Shown: positions 11,253 through 21,206 of the stretch, in pieces | Numbering within the stretch: the first letter of the stretch is position 1 | How the letters are laid out: each line of letters starts with the position of its first letter | Source: an uncultured Pseudomonadota bacterium | Lineage (GTDB): Bacteria > Myxococcota_A > Polyangia > Fen-1088 | NCBI GenBank assembly: GCA_963847705.1 | Contig: CAWKBC010000029.1 | Span: 256,001-320,000 of the forward strand | Length of the DNA: 64,000 nt | Reading direction: 5' to 3' | The notes under the pieces: generated by a model | Databases searched by the model: none | What the model was told of the DNA's origin: nothing | The model's input: the letters and a program-made list of their open reading frames with translations, nothing else | Made by a program: the position numbers and the translations under genes

Positions 11253-12353
11253 TTGGATGGTCGCCGCCAGCCGTCACGAAGCCCCGCGGGCGTCGAGCTT
11301 TGTCTGGCCCTCTGGTTGGCGTTTCCGCTCGGGTGCCACCAGCGCAGCTACGTGGTTCCCGCGCCAGACGCGGCGATCAGCGATGCCAGCGGCGACCTCT
11401 TCGCGCCGCTGACCCTGGATATCTCGGTCACCGGCTGCCCCTCGTTCGACGTCGTTCGGGTCGTCTGCAGCGGGTCTGCGCCGCTGACCGTCTCGTTCGC
11501 GCCGGTCGGCTCGCCGACGTTGACCACCTTTCTGTGGACCTTCGGCGACGGAACCCCTTCGTCATCCGAGCGTGCGCCCTCCCATACCTATGCGCTCCCC
11601 GGAAACTACGACGTCGGCGTCACCGGCCAGGGAGACACCGTCGGGAGCTTGTCCCAGATTCGCCACAATCTGATCTCCGTGCAGGCGCTGGCGACCGGCG
11701 CGGCATGCGACGTGGACAACCAATGCAGCGACGGGCTGCACTGTCTCTGCAAGTCGGGCTCGGGATGTGGCCCGGCTTTCTCCCGGGGGATCTGCTCGAC
11801 GGCCTGCGCCACCGGATTCTGCGGCGCCGGGGCGGTTTGTGCCGCCTTCACCGTCGGCGCCTCGACCGCGAGCGACGCCGGGACCAGCTCGGACGGGGGG
11901 ACAGCTTCCCCCATCTGCCTCGCGGATTGCGCGGGGGGCGCAGCTTGCGCGCCAGGCTTCGTGTGCCAGCAGATCCCGGGCGGCGGGGGCGCGAACCCCT
12001 GGGTTCAGGGCTGCCTTCCGCTCGGCGCCGCCAGCGACTTCGGCTCGTCCTGCCGCAACGCGAACGGCCTGCTCGACGGCCGCGGCTGCACCACCGGCTT
12101 TTGCGCCGACGTCGGCGCCCTCGGGCTCTGCAGCGCCGCCTGCGACGGGACCCACCCCTGCCCCCCCGGCGCAGCCTGCGCCCGCCTCTCCGCGGCCGAG
12201 GCGTTCTGTCTGCCCGCCTGCTCGACCACGACCCCCTGCACCAGCGATCCGTCGCTCGGATGTGTGTTGGCGACCGATGCCGATGCCGGGGTCGACGGCG
12301 GGCTGACGCTCACGTCCGGCGATCCGAGCCTCGCCTACTGCGCACCCAGGTAG
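11253..12353 (+). CDS. PKD-domain, Cys-rich lipoprotein
   Basis: Lipobox PLGC; PKD signature WTFGDG...PSHTY..PGNYDV; many Cys-rich repeats. Confidence 0.75.
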   Translation: MDGRRQPSRSPAGVELCLALWLAFPLGCHQRSYVVPAPDAAISDASGDLFAPLTLDISVTGCPSFDVVRVVCSGSAPLTVSFAPVGSPTLTTFLWTFGDGTPSSSERAPSHTYALPGNYDVGVTGQGDTVGSLSQIRHNLISVQALATGAACDVDNQCSDGLHCLCKSGSGCGPAFSRGICSTACATGFCGAGAVCAAFTVGASTASDAGTSSDGGTASPICLADCAGGAACAPGFVCQQIPGGGGANPWVQGCLPLGAASDFGSSCRNANGLLDGRGCTTGFCADVGALGLCSAACDGTHPCPPGAACARLSAAEAFCLPACSTTTPCTSDPSLGCVLATDADAGVDGGLTLTSGDPSLAYCAPR

Positions 12354-12380
12354 CTCGGACCGGGCTCAGCCGGCCCGAGG

Positions 12381-12590
12381 TCACTCGTCGTCGGCTTCTT
12401 CGTGGCCGAGGGACTTGTTCACCTTCCGCTCGACCTCTCCGACCTTCTCGTTCGCGGCCCCGGCGGCCCGCTCGACCGTCCCCTCTGCCTGAGTCTCTTT
12501 GTTCCCACTGAGCGCGCCGATCGCTTCCTTCACGCGCCCCTTGATGTTGTCCACCTTGCCTTTGATCTCACGCTTGAGGTCGTCTTTCAT
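12381..12590 (-). CDS. CsbD family stress protein
   Basis: IKGKVDNIKGRVKEAIGALSGNKETQAEG; GGAGG Shine-Dalgarno. Confidence 0.85.
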   Translation of the reverse strand: MKDDLKREIKGKVDNIKGRVKEAIGALSGNKETQAEGTVERAAGAANEKVGEVERKVNKSLGHEEADDE

Positions 12591-12946
12591 TTCAATCCTC
12601 CCCGGTAGAAGCTGACCATCGCGCCTCGGTGGTCAATGTGGGCGGCGTCCCCACGGACGTAACGGCCTGGGAGCGAGCGGTTACCGGCTCGAGGCCGATC
12701 CGCGACAGAGCCGGGCGGGAAACAGCGCGGTCGCTTGCCCCGCGTCTCGGCACGCGGGTTGAATGGATCGGGAACGTCAGCGAAACCGCTTTTCGACGAA
12801 AGCACACGGGACTTTCCGCGGTGGCAAAAAAAGGGCGGCCGCTGGAGTGAAGGGGCGCGCGACGGGGGGACGTGGCCGGCGGCAGGGGCGAGGCGGGAAG
12901 TCCCGTGTGCGACTGAGGCAGGCGGCGGTGTTAAGTTCGGCGGCAA

Positions 12947-13591
12947 ATGCCGGAGCCACTTTCGCCGTCGGGTCGCTGCGCCATCCCGGTGGCGCACGGA
13001 CAGCTGGAGGCGATCGTCCGCGAGCCCCTGGCGCCGGTGGCCGCGGCGGTGGTCTGCCACCCGCATCCGCGGGGCGGCGGGACGATGAACAACAACGTCG
13101 TCTATCGGCTGGCGAAGGCGCTGGTCGACGGGGGCCTGGCGACGCTGCGGTTCAACTTCCGGGGCGTCGGCGCCTCGACCGGCAGCTACGCCGAGGGGCT
13201 GGGCGAAGAGGACGACGCCCGCGACGCGCTCGACTTCCTGCGCGCGCGCCACCCGTCGCTGCCGCTCTGGATCGCCGGGTTCTCGTTCGGCGCGCGGGTC
13301 GGGCTGTCGGTCGGGGCGCGTGACGCCCGGGTGGAGAAGCTCCTCGGCGTCGGTCTGGCGCTCAAGCTGTTCGACTATGGCCTCCTGGCCTCCTCCCGCA
13401 AGCCGAAGGCGATCATCCAGGCCTCCGAGGACGAGTACGGCGCGCGCGAGGCGATCGAAACGGCGGTCCGCGGCATGGCCGAGCCGAAGCGCCTCTGGAT
13501 CGTCGACGGCGCCACCCACCTCTTTCCCGGCCGGCTCGATCCGTTCGAGGCCGCCGCCCGCGAGGCGGTCGCCTTTCTAAAGACCGTCTAG
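12947..13591 (+). CDS. Alpha/beta hydrolase
   Basis: HPHPRGGGTMNN, RFNFRGVG, GFSFG nucleophile elbow, catalytic His in GATHLF. Confidence 0.9.
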   Translation: MPEPLSPSGRCAIPVAHGQLEAIVREPLAPVAAAVVCHPHPRGGGTMNNNVVYRLAKALVDGGLATLRFNFRGVGASTGSYAEGLGEEDDARDALDFLRARHPSLPLWIAGFSFGARVGLSVGARDARVEKLLGVGLALKLFDYGLLASSRKPKAIIQASEDEYGAREAIETAVRGMAEPKRLWIVDGATHLFPGRLDPFEAAAREAVAFLKTV

Positions 13592-13634
13592 GATCGCGTG
13601 AGGGCGAGACGGTTTTGCCGGCTCGACCTCTTCG

Positions 13635-13665
13635 CGGGGGGTGTGGGACCCTCCCAGGGTCCCAC
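13635..13665. repeat. REP-like palindrome, copy 1
   Basis: G-run followed by GTGGGACCCT-CCC-AGGGTCCCAC, between convergent genes. Confidence 0.7.
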
Positions 13666-13669
13666 GGTG

Positions 13670-14725
13670 CTAATACCCGAGGTGCGCCTGGCGCGGCTTG
13701 CCCGACTTGTCGGGCACGAACTGCGGCGCCCGCTTGTCGCCGCCCACCCGCAGCGCCAGGCCGCGGACGCCCCCCGCGCCCACGGTGAGGTGGTCGACGG
13801 TCGGCTTGGCCGCCGCCTCGTGCCAGACCTGCAGCTCGTACTCGCCCGGCGGGACGCCCTTGATGCTGAAAGCGCCGCTCGCGTCGGACTCGGCGTAGTA
13901 AGGGGTGTCGACGACGACGACGAATCCGAACATCGACGCGTGGATGTTGCAGAGGAGCTGAACGGCGCCCGGATGCCGGAACGTCTCCGTGTACGTCGCG
14001 CCCTGCTTGTAGAGCCCCGTGTCGAACTCGTTCGGCTTGGAGAGCGAGAAGATGTTGTGGAAGATCGGATCGTCGTTGCGAAAGGCGACCCTGGTGCCGA
14101 CGGGGACCACCAGCACGTGCGGCACGAACATCTTGCCGCGCTGGCTGATCACCTTGCCGCGCGCCGGCGCGGGGCGCGGCGTCTCGCCGCTGGCTCGCTT
14201 CAGCCAGATGACCGCTCCGCCGGGCCCCTGGGGACCTCCGCCCGAGACGGCGCCGCTCACGCTGACGGTCGGGTTCGCGGAGGCGACCGGCGGAAGCGGC
14301 GCAGCGGCGGTCGACGACGGAGGTGTCGTCGACGATGACGCTGGCGACGGCGCCACCGCCTCGGCGGCGGGCCGACCGGCGGCCCGGCTGCGCGCCTCGT
14401 TCGCCAGCGGCCTGATCGTCCTGTCGAGCTCGGGATCGAGCGGGTGGAGCTTCAGCAGCGCCTCCCACTTCGTCGCGGCGGTCGAGAAGTCGCCGGCGTC
14501 CCAGGCCAGCTTGCCGCCGGCGAGAAGATTGAAGATGAGATACTGCTTCTCCGCCGCCGACTTCACCGCCAGATCCTGCGGCGTGCGGACCGCGAGCGGC
14601 AGGGGCAGCTCCTCGCCGAGCCATCCCCGCGCCTCCGCGGGGGGCGGCGCGGCCACCGCCGGCAGCGCCCACAGCGCCGCCGCCAGCAGCGTCGCGCCTG
14701 CGATTTGCAGCGACCGCATCGTCAC
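13670..14725 (-). CDS. Secreted cupredoxin-domain protein with carboxypeptidase-regulatory-like beta domain
   Basis: Signal peptide; FRNDDPIFHNIFS and LLCNIHASM supply His/Cys/His/Met; GAFSIKGVPPGEYELQVWH. Confidence 0.8.
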   Translation of the reverse strand: MTMRSLQIAGATLLAAALWALPAVAAPPPAEARGWLGEELPLPLAVRTPQDLAVKSAAEKQYLIFNLLAGGKLAWDAGDFSTAATKWEALLKLHPLDPELDRTIRPLANEARSRAAGRPAAEAVAPSPASSSTTPPSSTAAAPLPPVASANPTVSVSGAVSGGGPQGPGGAVIWLKRASGETPRPAPARGKVISQRGKMFVPHVLVVPVGTRVAFRNDDPIFHNIFSLSKPNEFDTGLYKQGATYTETFRHPGAVQLLCNIHASMFGFVVVVDTPYYAESDASGAFSIKGVPPGEYELQVWHEAAAKPTVDHLTVGAGGVRGLALRVGGDKRAPQFVPDKSGKPRQAHLGY

Positions 14726-16044
14726 CAGCTATACACCAACGACGAGGTGAAGACGTTGTTGGCGACCGTCGGCGCCCCCGCCAGCTCGCGGTTGTCCAGG
14801 TACTCGGCCTTCAGGATCAGCGCCTCCCACAGATCGAGCCGCAGGCCTCCCGTGAACCGGTCGACGGTGATCGGGGTGAACCCCTCGAACCAGGCGTGCC
14901 GGCGACCGTAGCGCCCATAGACCGTCAGCTTGTGAAGCGCCCCGACCGAGAACGGCAGCGCGTAGGCGAGCTGCAGGTAGCCACCGCGGGCGTTGAACGT
15001 CGACGAAATCGGAAAGTTGCCCAGCGACGTCGTCTTCGGTCCCCCCTCCCCTTCGTCGACGTGGACGTACTCGGCGTTGAGATAGACTCCCGCCACCGCG
15101 ACGCGCGCGTCGAACCCGTACTCCTTCTGGTGCGCCGCCTGATAGGGCTGATCGTTGCGCGAGCCGTAGAGGCCGGAGGCGCCCAGCTTGACCTGGATGC
15201 CGGGCGTGTTCAGCTCGTAGCCGAGCCGCCCGGCGCCCACCGGCGCGCCGGTCAGGCTGGCGTCCGGCGGCTGCAGCGACTCGACGAAGTTGCCGCTGTT
15301 GGTCGCGGAGACGTTCAGGCTCACCGCCGACTGCAGTGGCTGGATCTGAATTCGGTAAAACAGCTTGGCGCCGATCGACTGTCCGGTGGTGTAGCGGGCC
15401 ACCAGCGACGGCGTCACCCCGGTGCGGATGTTGGCCTCGTTGTCGAGGTACTCGATCCCGAACACGGAGTCGAACTTGCCGGCGGCGAGCGCGAATTCCT
15501 GGCTGTCGAACGGGACGAGACGTCCGAACGCCTGCTCGACGTAGACCCGCGTGTCGTCGCCGCTCCCGGTGAAGCGTGGCAGAAACTGCACGCGCGAGAA
15601 GACCATCAGCGGCGCCGAGGCCGGCGTGTACTTGAGATCGACGTCGAGCGTGTTGAGCAGGAACGAGGCATTCCCGCCGATCCCGACCGAGCGGGGGAGA
15701 AAGCCATTCACGAACCGCCCGTTCGAGTTGGTGGACGCGACGTCGCCGCGCGAGTTGACCGCCGGCGCGAAGGTGTCGACGCCGTAGTCCGCCGGGATGC
15801 TCTGGTCGTTGGGCGCGAAGCTGGTCCCGTCCCCCTGCGCCTTGGCGAAGCCGACGTCGATGTACCCGTTGATGGAGAGCGGCGAGGGCGCCCCTGCCCC
15901 TTCGACCGCTGGCGTGTAGCCATCGCTGTCGTTGATCGGTTCGGGCTCGGCTTCCGGCTCGGGCGGTGGCAGGGCCGGCGCGGGCTGCCCGAAGGCGCGC
16001 GTTCCCCACAACAACGCGGCGACGGCGACCGCGGACCCCTTCAC
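14722..16044 (-). CDS. Putative outer-membrane beta-barrel / porin
   Basis: Signal peptide, INGYIDVGF, alternating beta-strand pattern, C-terminal SLVYSW aromatic terminus; GTG overlaps the upstream TGA. Confidence 0.75.
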   Translation of the reverse strand: MKGSAVAVAALLWGTRAFGQPAPALPPPEPEAEPEPINDSDGYTPAVEGAGAPSPLSINGYIDVGFAKAQGDGTSFAPNDQSIPADYGVDTFAPAVNSRGDVASTNSNGRFVNGFLPRSVGIGGNASFLLNTLDVDLKYTPASAPLMVFSRVQFLPRFTGSGDDTRVYVEQAFGRLVPFDSQEFALAAGKFDSVFGIEYLDNEANIRTGVTPSLVARYTTGQSIGAKLFYRIQIQPLQSAVSLNVSATNSGNFVESLQPPDASLTGAPVGAGRLGYELNTPGIQVKLGASGLYGSRNDQPYQAAHQKEYGFDARVAVAGVYLNAEYVHVDEGEGGPKTTSLGNFPISSTFNARGGYLQLAYALPFSVGALHKLTVYGRYGRRHAWFEGFTPITVDRFTGGLRLDLWEALILKAEYLDNRELAGAPTVANNVFTSSLVYSW

Positions 16045-17282
16045 AGAGGTCCCGCCGGCTGGGGGACCGGCACGTCGCCGCTCTCCGGCACGACCAGGTC
16101 GGTCACCTCCCAGTTGACCGTGATGGCGGTTGTCTCCTCGGTGGAGAGATCGAGGTTCGCCTGGAGCGCCGCCTCGGAGGCGAGCCAAATGCAGCTCTCC
16201 GGGTTGGCCGGGTCGGCCGCGAGCAGGGTCGGATCGTCGAAACACCCGCTGACACCCTGGGAAGGATCGCCGGCGTTCAGGGCGACGCGTCCCGAGAACG
16301 TGGCGATCTGGAGGTCGGTGGCGTCGGGCGTAAACCCGACGAAGGCGCCCAGGCCGTCCGCCTGCAGATCGAGCTGCAGCTGGCTGCCCGGTTGCGCGAA
16401 CACGCGCGCCGTCTGAGGCACCACCACCGTGTGAACGCGGTAGTACGCGGAGTTGCGCTGGCCGCCCCCCGGCAAGGCCACGCCCGAGCCGGGCGGCCCG
16501 GCCCCGAGGATCGTCGGGATGCTCGGCGAAGCGAGCACCGATCTGTCCGGACCGATGAACGTCAGCACGTAGATCGGCGCTTCCTGCACCACGTTCGTCG
16601 CGGGGTCCCAGGTGAACATCGAGGTGCCGAAGTCGAGGTAGGAGACGAGCGCCCCCTCGAGGTAGCCCGTTCCCTGAAGGGTGTAGGTGTTCAGCTCCGT
16701 GGTCGACGGAAGCGCGACGTTGTCCGGGACGAGGGGCATCGTGTGCGCGTCGCCCAGGGTGAGCGGGTAGCCGCCGTCGAGGATCTGCTTGGCCGAGGTC
16801 AGCGTGCCCGCCACCGTGTCGGGCGGAACCTCCGCGTAGACGATCTGGACGAACGGGCTGTAGAAGCCGCTCGTCGGTCCGGCGCTGAAGATCGGCTGCT
16901 CGCTGTCGCCGACGAGCTCCAACGGCTCGCCGAGGAACCGGCGCCTGACCAACACGTAGGCCGGCTGCATCCAGACCTGCGGGTAATTGGCCCAGACCTC
17001 GGTGGTCAAGAAGGCCACCAGCTGGCCGTCGGCCCAGGCCGTGCGCGCGACGAGCGTCGACGACCGATCGGACGCCAGTGGAGAAGAGATGAGGTCGAGC
17101 GGAATTCCGCCCGGCAGGCCGTCGTTGGCGGCGATGGCCTGGCTGCCAGGCGCACCCCCGGCGTAGAGCGCCTGGACGTCGAACAGCGTCCAGAGCTTGG
17201 CCGCGGGCGGCGCCGGCGCCTGGGAGCAGCCTCCGAGCGCGATCAGCGACGCGAAGGCAACGACACGAAGGACCGACCCCAC
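16041..17282 (-). CDS. Hypothetical lipoprotein with two internal repeats
   Basis: Lipobox LGGC; GTG 17282 lies 6 nt after TATGCT. Confidence 0.7.
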   Translation of the reverse strand: MGSVLRVVAFASLIALGGCSQAPAPPAAKLWTLFDVQALYAGGAPGSQAIAANDGLPGGIPLDLISSPLASDRSSTLVARTAWADGQLVAFLTTEVWANYPQVWMQPAYVLVRRRFLGEPLELVGDSEQPIFSAGPTSGFYSPFVQIVYAEVPPDTVAGTLTSAKQILDGGYPLTLGDAHTMPLVPDNVALPSTTELNTYTLQGTGYLEGALVSYLDFGTSMFTWDPATNVVQEAPIYVLTFIGPDRSVLASPSIPTILGAGPPGSGVALPGGGQRNSAYYRVHTVVVPQTARVFAQPGSQLQLDLQADGLGAFVGFTPDATDLQIATFSGRVALNAGDPSQGVSGCFDDPTLLAADPANPESCIWLASEAALQANLDLSTEETTAITVNWEVTDLVVPESGDVPVPQPAGPL

Positions 17283-17323
17283 GGCGCGAGCATAAGCGCC
17301 CGCGCCGGGTCGACGCAAAACCC

Positions 17324-17355
17324 GGGAGGGTTTGGGAACCCTCCCAGGGTTCCCA
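17324..17355. repeat. REP-like palindrome, copy 2
   Basis: GGGAGGGTT followed by TGGGAACCCT-CCC-AGGGTTCCCA, just downstream of ahpC. Confidence 0.7.
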
Positions 17356-17364
17356 TCCTATTGA

Positions 17365-17892
17365 CTAAGCCGGTTTGCCGAGCGTCTTGGCGCCGGGCTT
17401 CCACTCGACGGGGCAGCGCTCGCCGGTCTGGAGCGCCTGCACGAGCCGCAGCGTCTCCGACACCGAGCGACCGAGCAGGTCGGCGTTGTAGGAGGCGTGC
17501 TGCACGATGCCGTTCGGGTCGATGATGAACGTCGCGCGCAGCGCCATGCCGTTGTCTTCCATCAGCGCGCCGTAGTCGCGGGCCACCGTCTTGTTGAAGT
17601 CGGCCAGGAGCGGGTGATTGAGCTTGCCGAGGCCGCCCTTCACCCACGCCTTGTGCGAGTGCTTGGAGTCGGTCGAGGCGCCCAGGATCTCGCAGTTGGC
17701 GGCACGAAACTCTTCGTGCCGTCGCGAGAACTCCTGGATCTCCGTCGGACAGATGAATGTGAAGTCCGCCGGGTAAAAGAATAGAACGACGTACTTCCCT
17801 TTGTAGTCAGAGAGCGAAACCTTCTTGAAGTCGCCGTCGCCGACGACCGCGTCCACCGTGAAATCGGGAGCCTTCTTTGTGACCAAACTCAT
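17365..17892 (-). CDS. ahpC: 2-Cys peroxiredoxin (AhpC/Prx1)
   Basis: FYPADFTFICPTE and resolving CPVEW; AAGGAG Shine-Dalgarno. Confidence 0.95.
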   Translation of the reverse strand: MSLVTKKAPDFTVDAVVGDGDFKKVSLSDYKGKYVVLFFYPADFTFICPTEIQEFSRRHEEFRAANCEILGASTDSKHSHKAWVKGGLGKLNHPLLADFNKTVARDYGALMEDNGMALRATFIIDPNGIVQHASYNADLLGRSVSETLRLVQALQTGERCPVEWKPGAKTLGKPA

Positions 17893-17997
17893 TTCATTCT
17901 CCTTGGATGTGCGGCGAAACAGTAGCACAGGATTTGAAACCGACTGTTCACACTCTACCGATTGCCTTCGATCGGGGTTAGACAGAAGATCGAGTCC

Positions 17998-19329
17998 ATG
18001 AAGCCTACCTTGCTGGTCTGTGGGCTCGTCATGGCGGCGACCCTCTCTTGCGGCAGCAGCGGCTCGAGTGACACAGGCCCGGGCCTCACGACCATGGGGA
18101 TGCTCGGCAAGCCGTCCGTCGCGCTCATCGCCGGCAACCTGATCTTCGTCAGCGCGTCGATGAACGCGATGGACGAGGATCCCGGATCTTTCGGGATGCT
18201 GATCGACAGCGGATCACCCGTCGTCCTGATCGACCCCTCGCTGTTCGGCACGACGCCGCCCACCACGACCGCGAAGATCTCGACCACCGTCAGTCTCGGG
18301 CTGCTCGACGCCAACAAACAGCCCGTGGTCATCATCGACAACGCGCCCGTGCTGCAGGTCTCGAACGCGATGATGGATGCGCTCGGGTTCGGCGGAATTC
18401 TGGGCGGCGACGTGATGCGCCAGTTCTCGGTGCAGCTCGACTACGCGGCGCCGATGATGCAGGGCTTCTGCCTCGGCTGCACCGCCAGCACCGACCGCAC
18501 CGACGTGCAGCTGCCGGGCGATGTCGTCCCGTTCACCCTCAAGGGTGGCGGCAACTCACCGGTCACGCTCGGCACCGACAGCCAGGGGAACGCCATCAAC
18601 AGCCCGGTCGTGGGCATCCCACCGACGCGCATCCCGGTGACCGTCACGATCGACGGGACCGACCACCCCTGCATCGTCGACACCGGAGCGACCGAGGTGT
18701 CGTTGCGCTCGACCGTCTTCGACCAGCTGGTTTCCGACGGGCGCGCCCAGCTGGTCAGTGGCATCGCCATCATGACCATCGCCGGGGCTTCGAACGCCTC
18801 CCTCACCCGCGCCAAGACGATGACCGTGGGCGATTCGACCGTCGACGACGTCCCCGTCATGACCATCATGAGCACCGTCCCGGACCAGCTGCTCGACGGC
18901 ATCAGCAGCGAGCTGGGCAAGCCGATCGACTGTCTTCTGGGCGGCAGCTACCTGCGCAACTTCTTGGTCACCATCGACTACCCGAACGGGCAGCTCGATC
19001 TGCAGCCCTACCTGACGCCGCCGATTCCCGACGAGTTTCGGCGGGTCGGGATCACCATCGGGCTCGACGCCACCGGCAGCAACTTCGTGGTGTCGTCGGT
19101 CTACCCGAACAGCGACGCGGCCGCCAAGGGCATCAAGGTCAACGACGAGATTGTGGCCATCGACGGCACGAGGTTGGCCAACGTCGGCTACGTCGCCGCC
19201 GCCGACCAGCTGCTCGACGGGACGCCGGGCACGTCGAAGACGCTCACCTTCGGACCGAAGACCACCGACCCATCGCTGGCCAACGCCATGGTCTCGGTCC
19301 TGGTCGACGATCTGATTCCGAACCCCTAG
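17998..19329 (+). CDS. Lipoprotein with two retropepsin-like aspartyl protease domains and a PDZ domain
   Basis: Lipobox LSC; LIDSGS and IVDTGA, GILG/CLLG motifs, PDZ-like C-terminus. Confidence 0.85.
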   Translation: MKPTLLVCGLVMAATLSCGSSGSSDTGPGLTTMGMLGKPSVALIAGNLIFVSASMNAMDEDPGSFGMLIDSGSPVVLIDPSLFGTTPPTTTAKISTTVSLGLLDANKQPVVIIDNAPVLQVSNAMMDALGFGGILGGDVMRQFSVQLDYAAPMMQGFCLGCTASTDRTDVQLPGDVVPFTLKGGGNSPVTLGTDSQGNAINSPVVGIPPTRIPVTVTIDGTDHPCIVDTGATEVSLRSTVFDQLVSDGRAQLVSGIAIMTIAGASNASLTRAKTMTVGDSTVDDVPVMTIMSTVPDQLLDGISSELGKPIDCLLGGSYLRNFLVTIDYPNGQLDLQPYLTPPIPDEFRRVGITIGLDATGSNFVVSSVYPNSDAAAKGIKVNDEIVAIDGTRLANVGYVAAADQLLDGTPGTSKTLTFGPKTTDPSLANAMVSVLVDDLIPNP

Positions 19330-19433
19330 CGGCGGCGTCAGTCGGCCGCCATTTCGACCGTCGTTCCAGCCGCCGGGCTGGGAATATTTTCCCGCATGGC
19401 TGTGCTGTGAACGCCGGTGCTAGACTCCCTGGC

Positions 19434-20225
19434 ATGGCCATCCGAACAGCGTTCCGCACCTCCAATCCCGCCCTCTCGTCGAAGTCGTTCGGCGGCTTCG
19501 TGGCCGTGGACCCGAGCGCTCCTGGCGCCTCCCGCGCCGACGCGCGGGCGATGACGATTCAGGGGACGGTCGACAAGACGGCGATCCTGCTGGCGGTCAC
19601 CATCTTCACCGCCATCTGGCCCTGGCGGCTGCTGTTCGAAGCGCGTGATCCCGGGGTGGTCATGCCCTGGCTGCTCATCGGAGGGGTGGGCGGGCTCATC
19701 ACCGCGATGGTGACGATCTTCAAGAAGAGCTGGGCGCCGGTGACCGCGCCGATCTACGCCGCCTGTGAGGGGCTGGCGCTCGGCAGCATCTCGGCGCTGT
19801 TCGAGGTTCGCTACCACGGCATCGCGTTTCAGGCGATGGCGCTGACCTTCGGCACCCTGGCGGTCATGCTGGTGGCTTACAAGACGAAGGCGATCAGGGC
19901 GACCGAGGGGTTCAAGCTCGGCGTCATCGCAGCCACCGGCGCCATCGCCATCGTCTACCTGCTCTCCATGGTGCTGAGCATGTTCGGCATTCACATGGGA
20001 TTCATCTATTCGTCGGGGCCGCTCGGCATCGGCATCAGCCTGGTGGTGGTCATCGTGGCCGCGCTGAACCTGGTGCTCGACTTCGACCTCATCGAGCAAG
20101 GGGCCCGGCAGGGGGCGCCGAAGTTCATGGAGTGGTACGGCGCATTCGGGATCCTGGTCACCCTGGTCTGGCTCTACCTCGAGATCCTGCGCCTGCTGTC
20201 GAAGCTGAACGATCGCCGAAACTGA
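19434..20225 (+). CDS. Bax inhibitor-1/YccA family membrane protein
   Basis: TSNPAL, MTIQGTVDKT, LVTLVWLYLEILRLL. Confidence 0.9.
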   Translation: MAIRTAFRTSNPALSSKSFGGFVAVDPSAPGASRADARAMTIQGTVDKTAILLAVTIFTAIWPWRLLFEARDPGVVMPWLLIGGVGGLITAMVTIFKKSWAPVTAPIYAACEGLALGSISALFEVRYHGIAFQAMALTFGTLAVMLVAYKTKAIRATEGFKLGVIAATGAIAIVYLLSMVLSMFGIHMGFIYSSGPLGIGISLVVVIVAALNLVLDFDLIEQGARQGAPKFMEWYGAFGILVTLVWLYLEILRLLSKLNDRRN

Positions 20226-20308
20226 ACGACCGCCCCGGGCCCCAACCCGCGAGGGAGCAACCCGCGCCGCGGTTTGACCCCGAACCGCAGGTGCTTACGG
20301 TTTCCTTG

Positions 20309-21205
20309 ATGCCTTTCGTGAAGACGGCCGAGCTGCGCCCTCATCTCTTCTCCAGCTATCTCCGGACAGCCTTGCTGATGGGGGGGCTGATCGCCCTCCT
20401 GGCGATCGGCGGGCGTGCGCTCGGCGGGACGCAGGGGATGCTTCTGTTCGGCGGGCTCGGTCTGGTCACGAATTTCCTCATGTACTGGTTCTCCGATCGG
20501 ATCGCGCTGGCGGCCCACCGTGCCCAGCCGGTCACCCGCGCCGAAGCCCCCACGATCTACGCCATCGTCGAACGACTGACCCAGCGGGCCGGCCTGCCGA
20601 TGCCGCGCGTTTACGTCATCCCCTCGGCCTCGGCCAACGCCTTCGCGACCGGCCGCAACCCCCACCACGCGGCGGTGGCGGTCACCGAAGGGATCCTGGA
20701 CATCCTGAGCGAGCCTCAGCTGGAGGCGGTGCTGGCCCACGAGCTCTCGCACGTGAAGAACCGCGACATCCTGATCGCCACCATCGCGGCAGCGATTGCC
20801 GGGCTGGTCTCGACCATCGGGCACGTGATGCAATGGGGGCTCATGCTCGGTGGCTTGCGCGGGGGCGACGACGACAGACGAGGCGGCGGCCTCGCGGCGC
20901 TCGCCTGGATCATCGTCGCGCCGATCACGGCGCTCCTGATCCAGCTGGCCATCAGCCGCTCGCGTGAGCTCGGCGCCGACGCCTCGGGCGCAGCCCTCTG
21001 CGGACACCCCGAAGACCTGGCCGCGGCCCTGGCGCGGCTCGAACAGGGGCAGCAGGTCCGCCCGTACGAGTTCGCGGGCCCGGCCACCGCGCACCTCTTC
21101 ATCGTGAACCCGCTGCGCGGCGCGGCCGCGACCTTCATGAACCTGCTCTCCACCCACCCCCCGATCGAGGAGCGCATCCGGCTGCTCCAGGCGATGCGGG
21201 CCTGA
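20309..21205 (+). CDS. htpX: Zinc metalloprotease HtpX (M48)
   Basis: NAFATGRNP, HELSH, SRSRE..AD, STHPP. Confidence 0.92.
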   Translation: MPFVKTAELRPHLFSSYLRTALLMGGLIALLAIGGRALGGTQGMLLFGGLGLVTNFLMYWFSDRIALAAHRAQPVTRAEAPTIYAIVERLTQRAGLPMPRVYVIPSASANAFATGRNPHHAAVAVTEGILDILSEPQLEAVLAHELSHVKNRDILIATIAAAIAGLVSTIGHVMQWGLMLGGLRGGDDDRRGGGLAALAWIIVAPITALLIQLAISRSRELGADASGAALCGHPEDLAAALARLEQGQQVRPYEFAGPATAHLFIVNPLRGAAATFMNLLSTHPPIEERIRLLQAMRA

Positions 21206-21206
21206 G

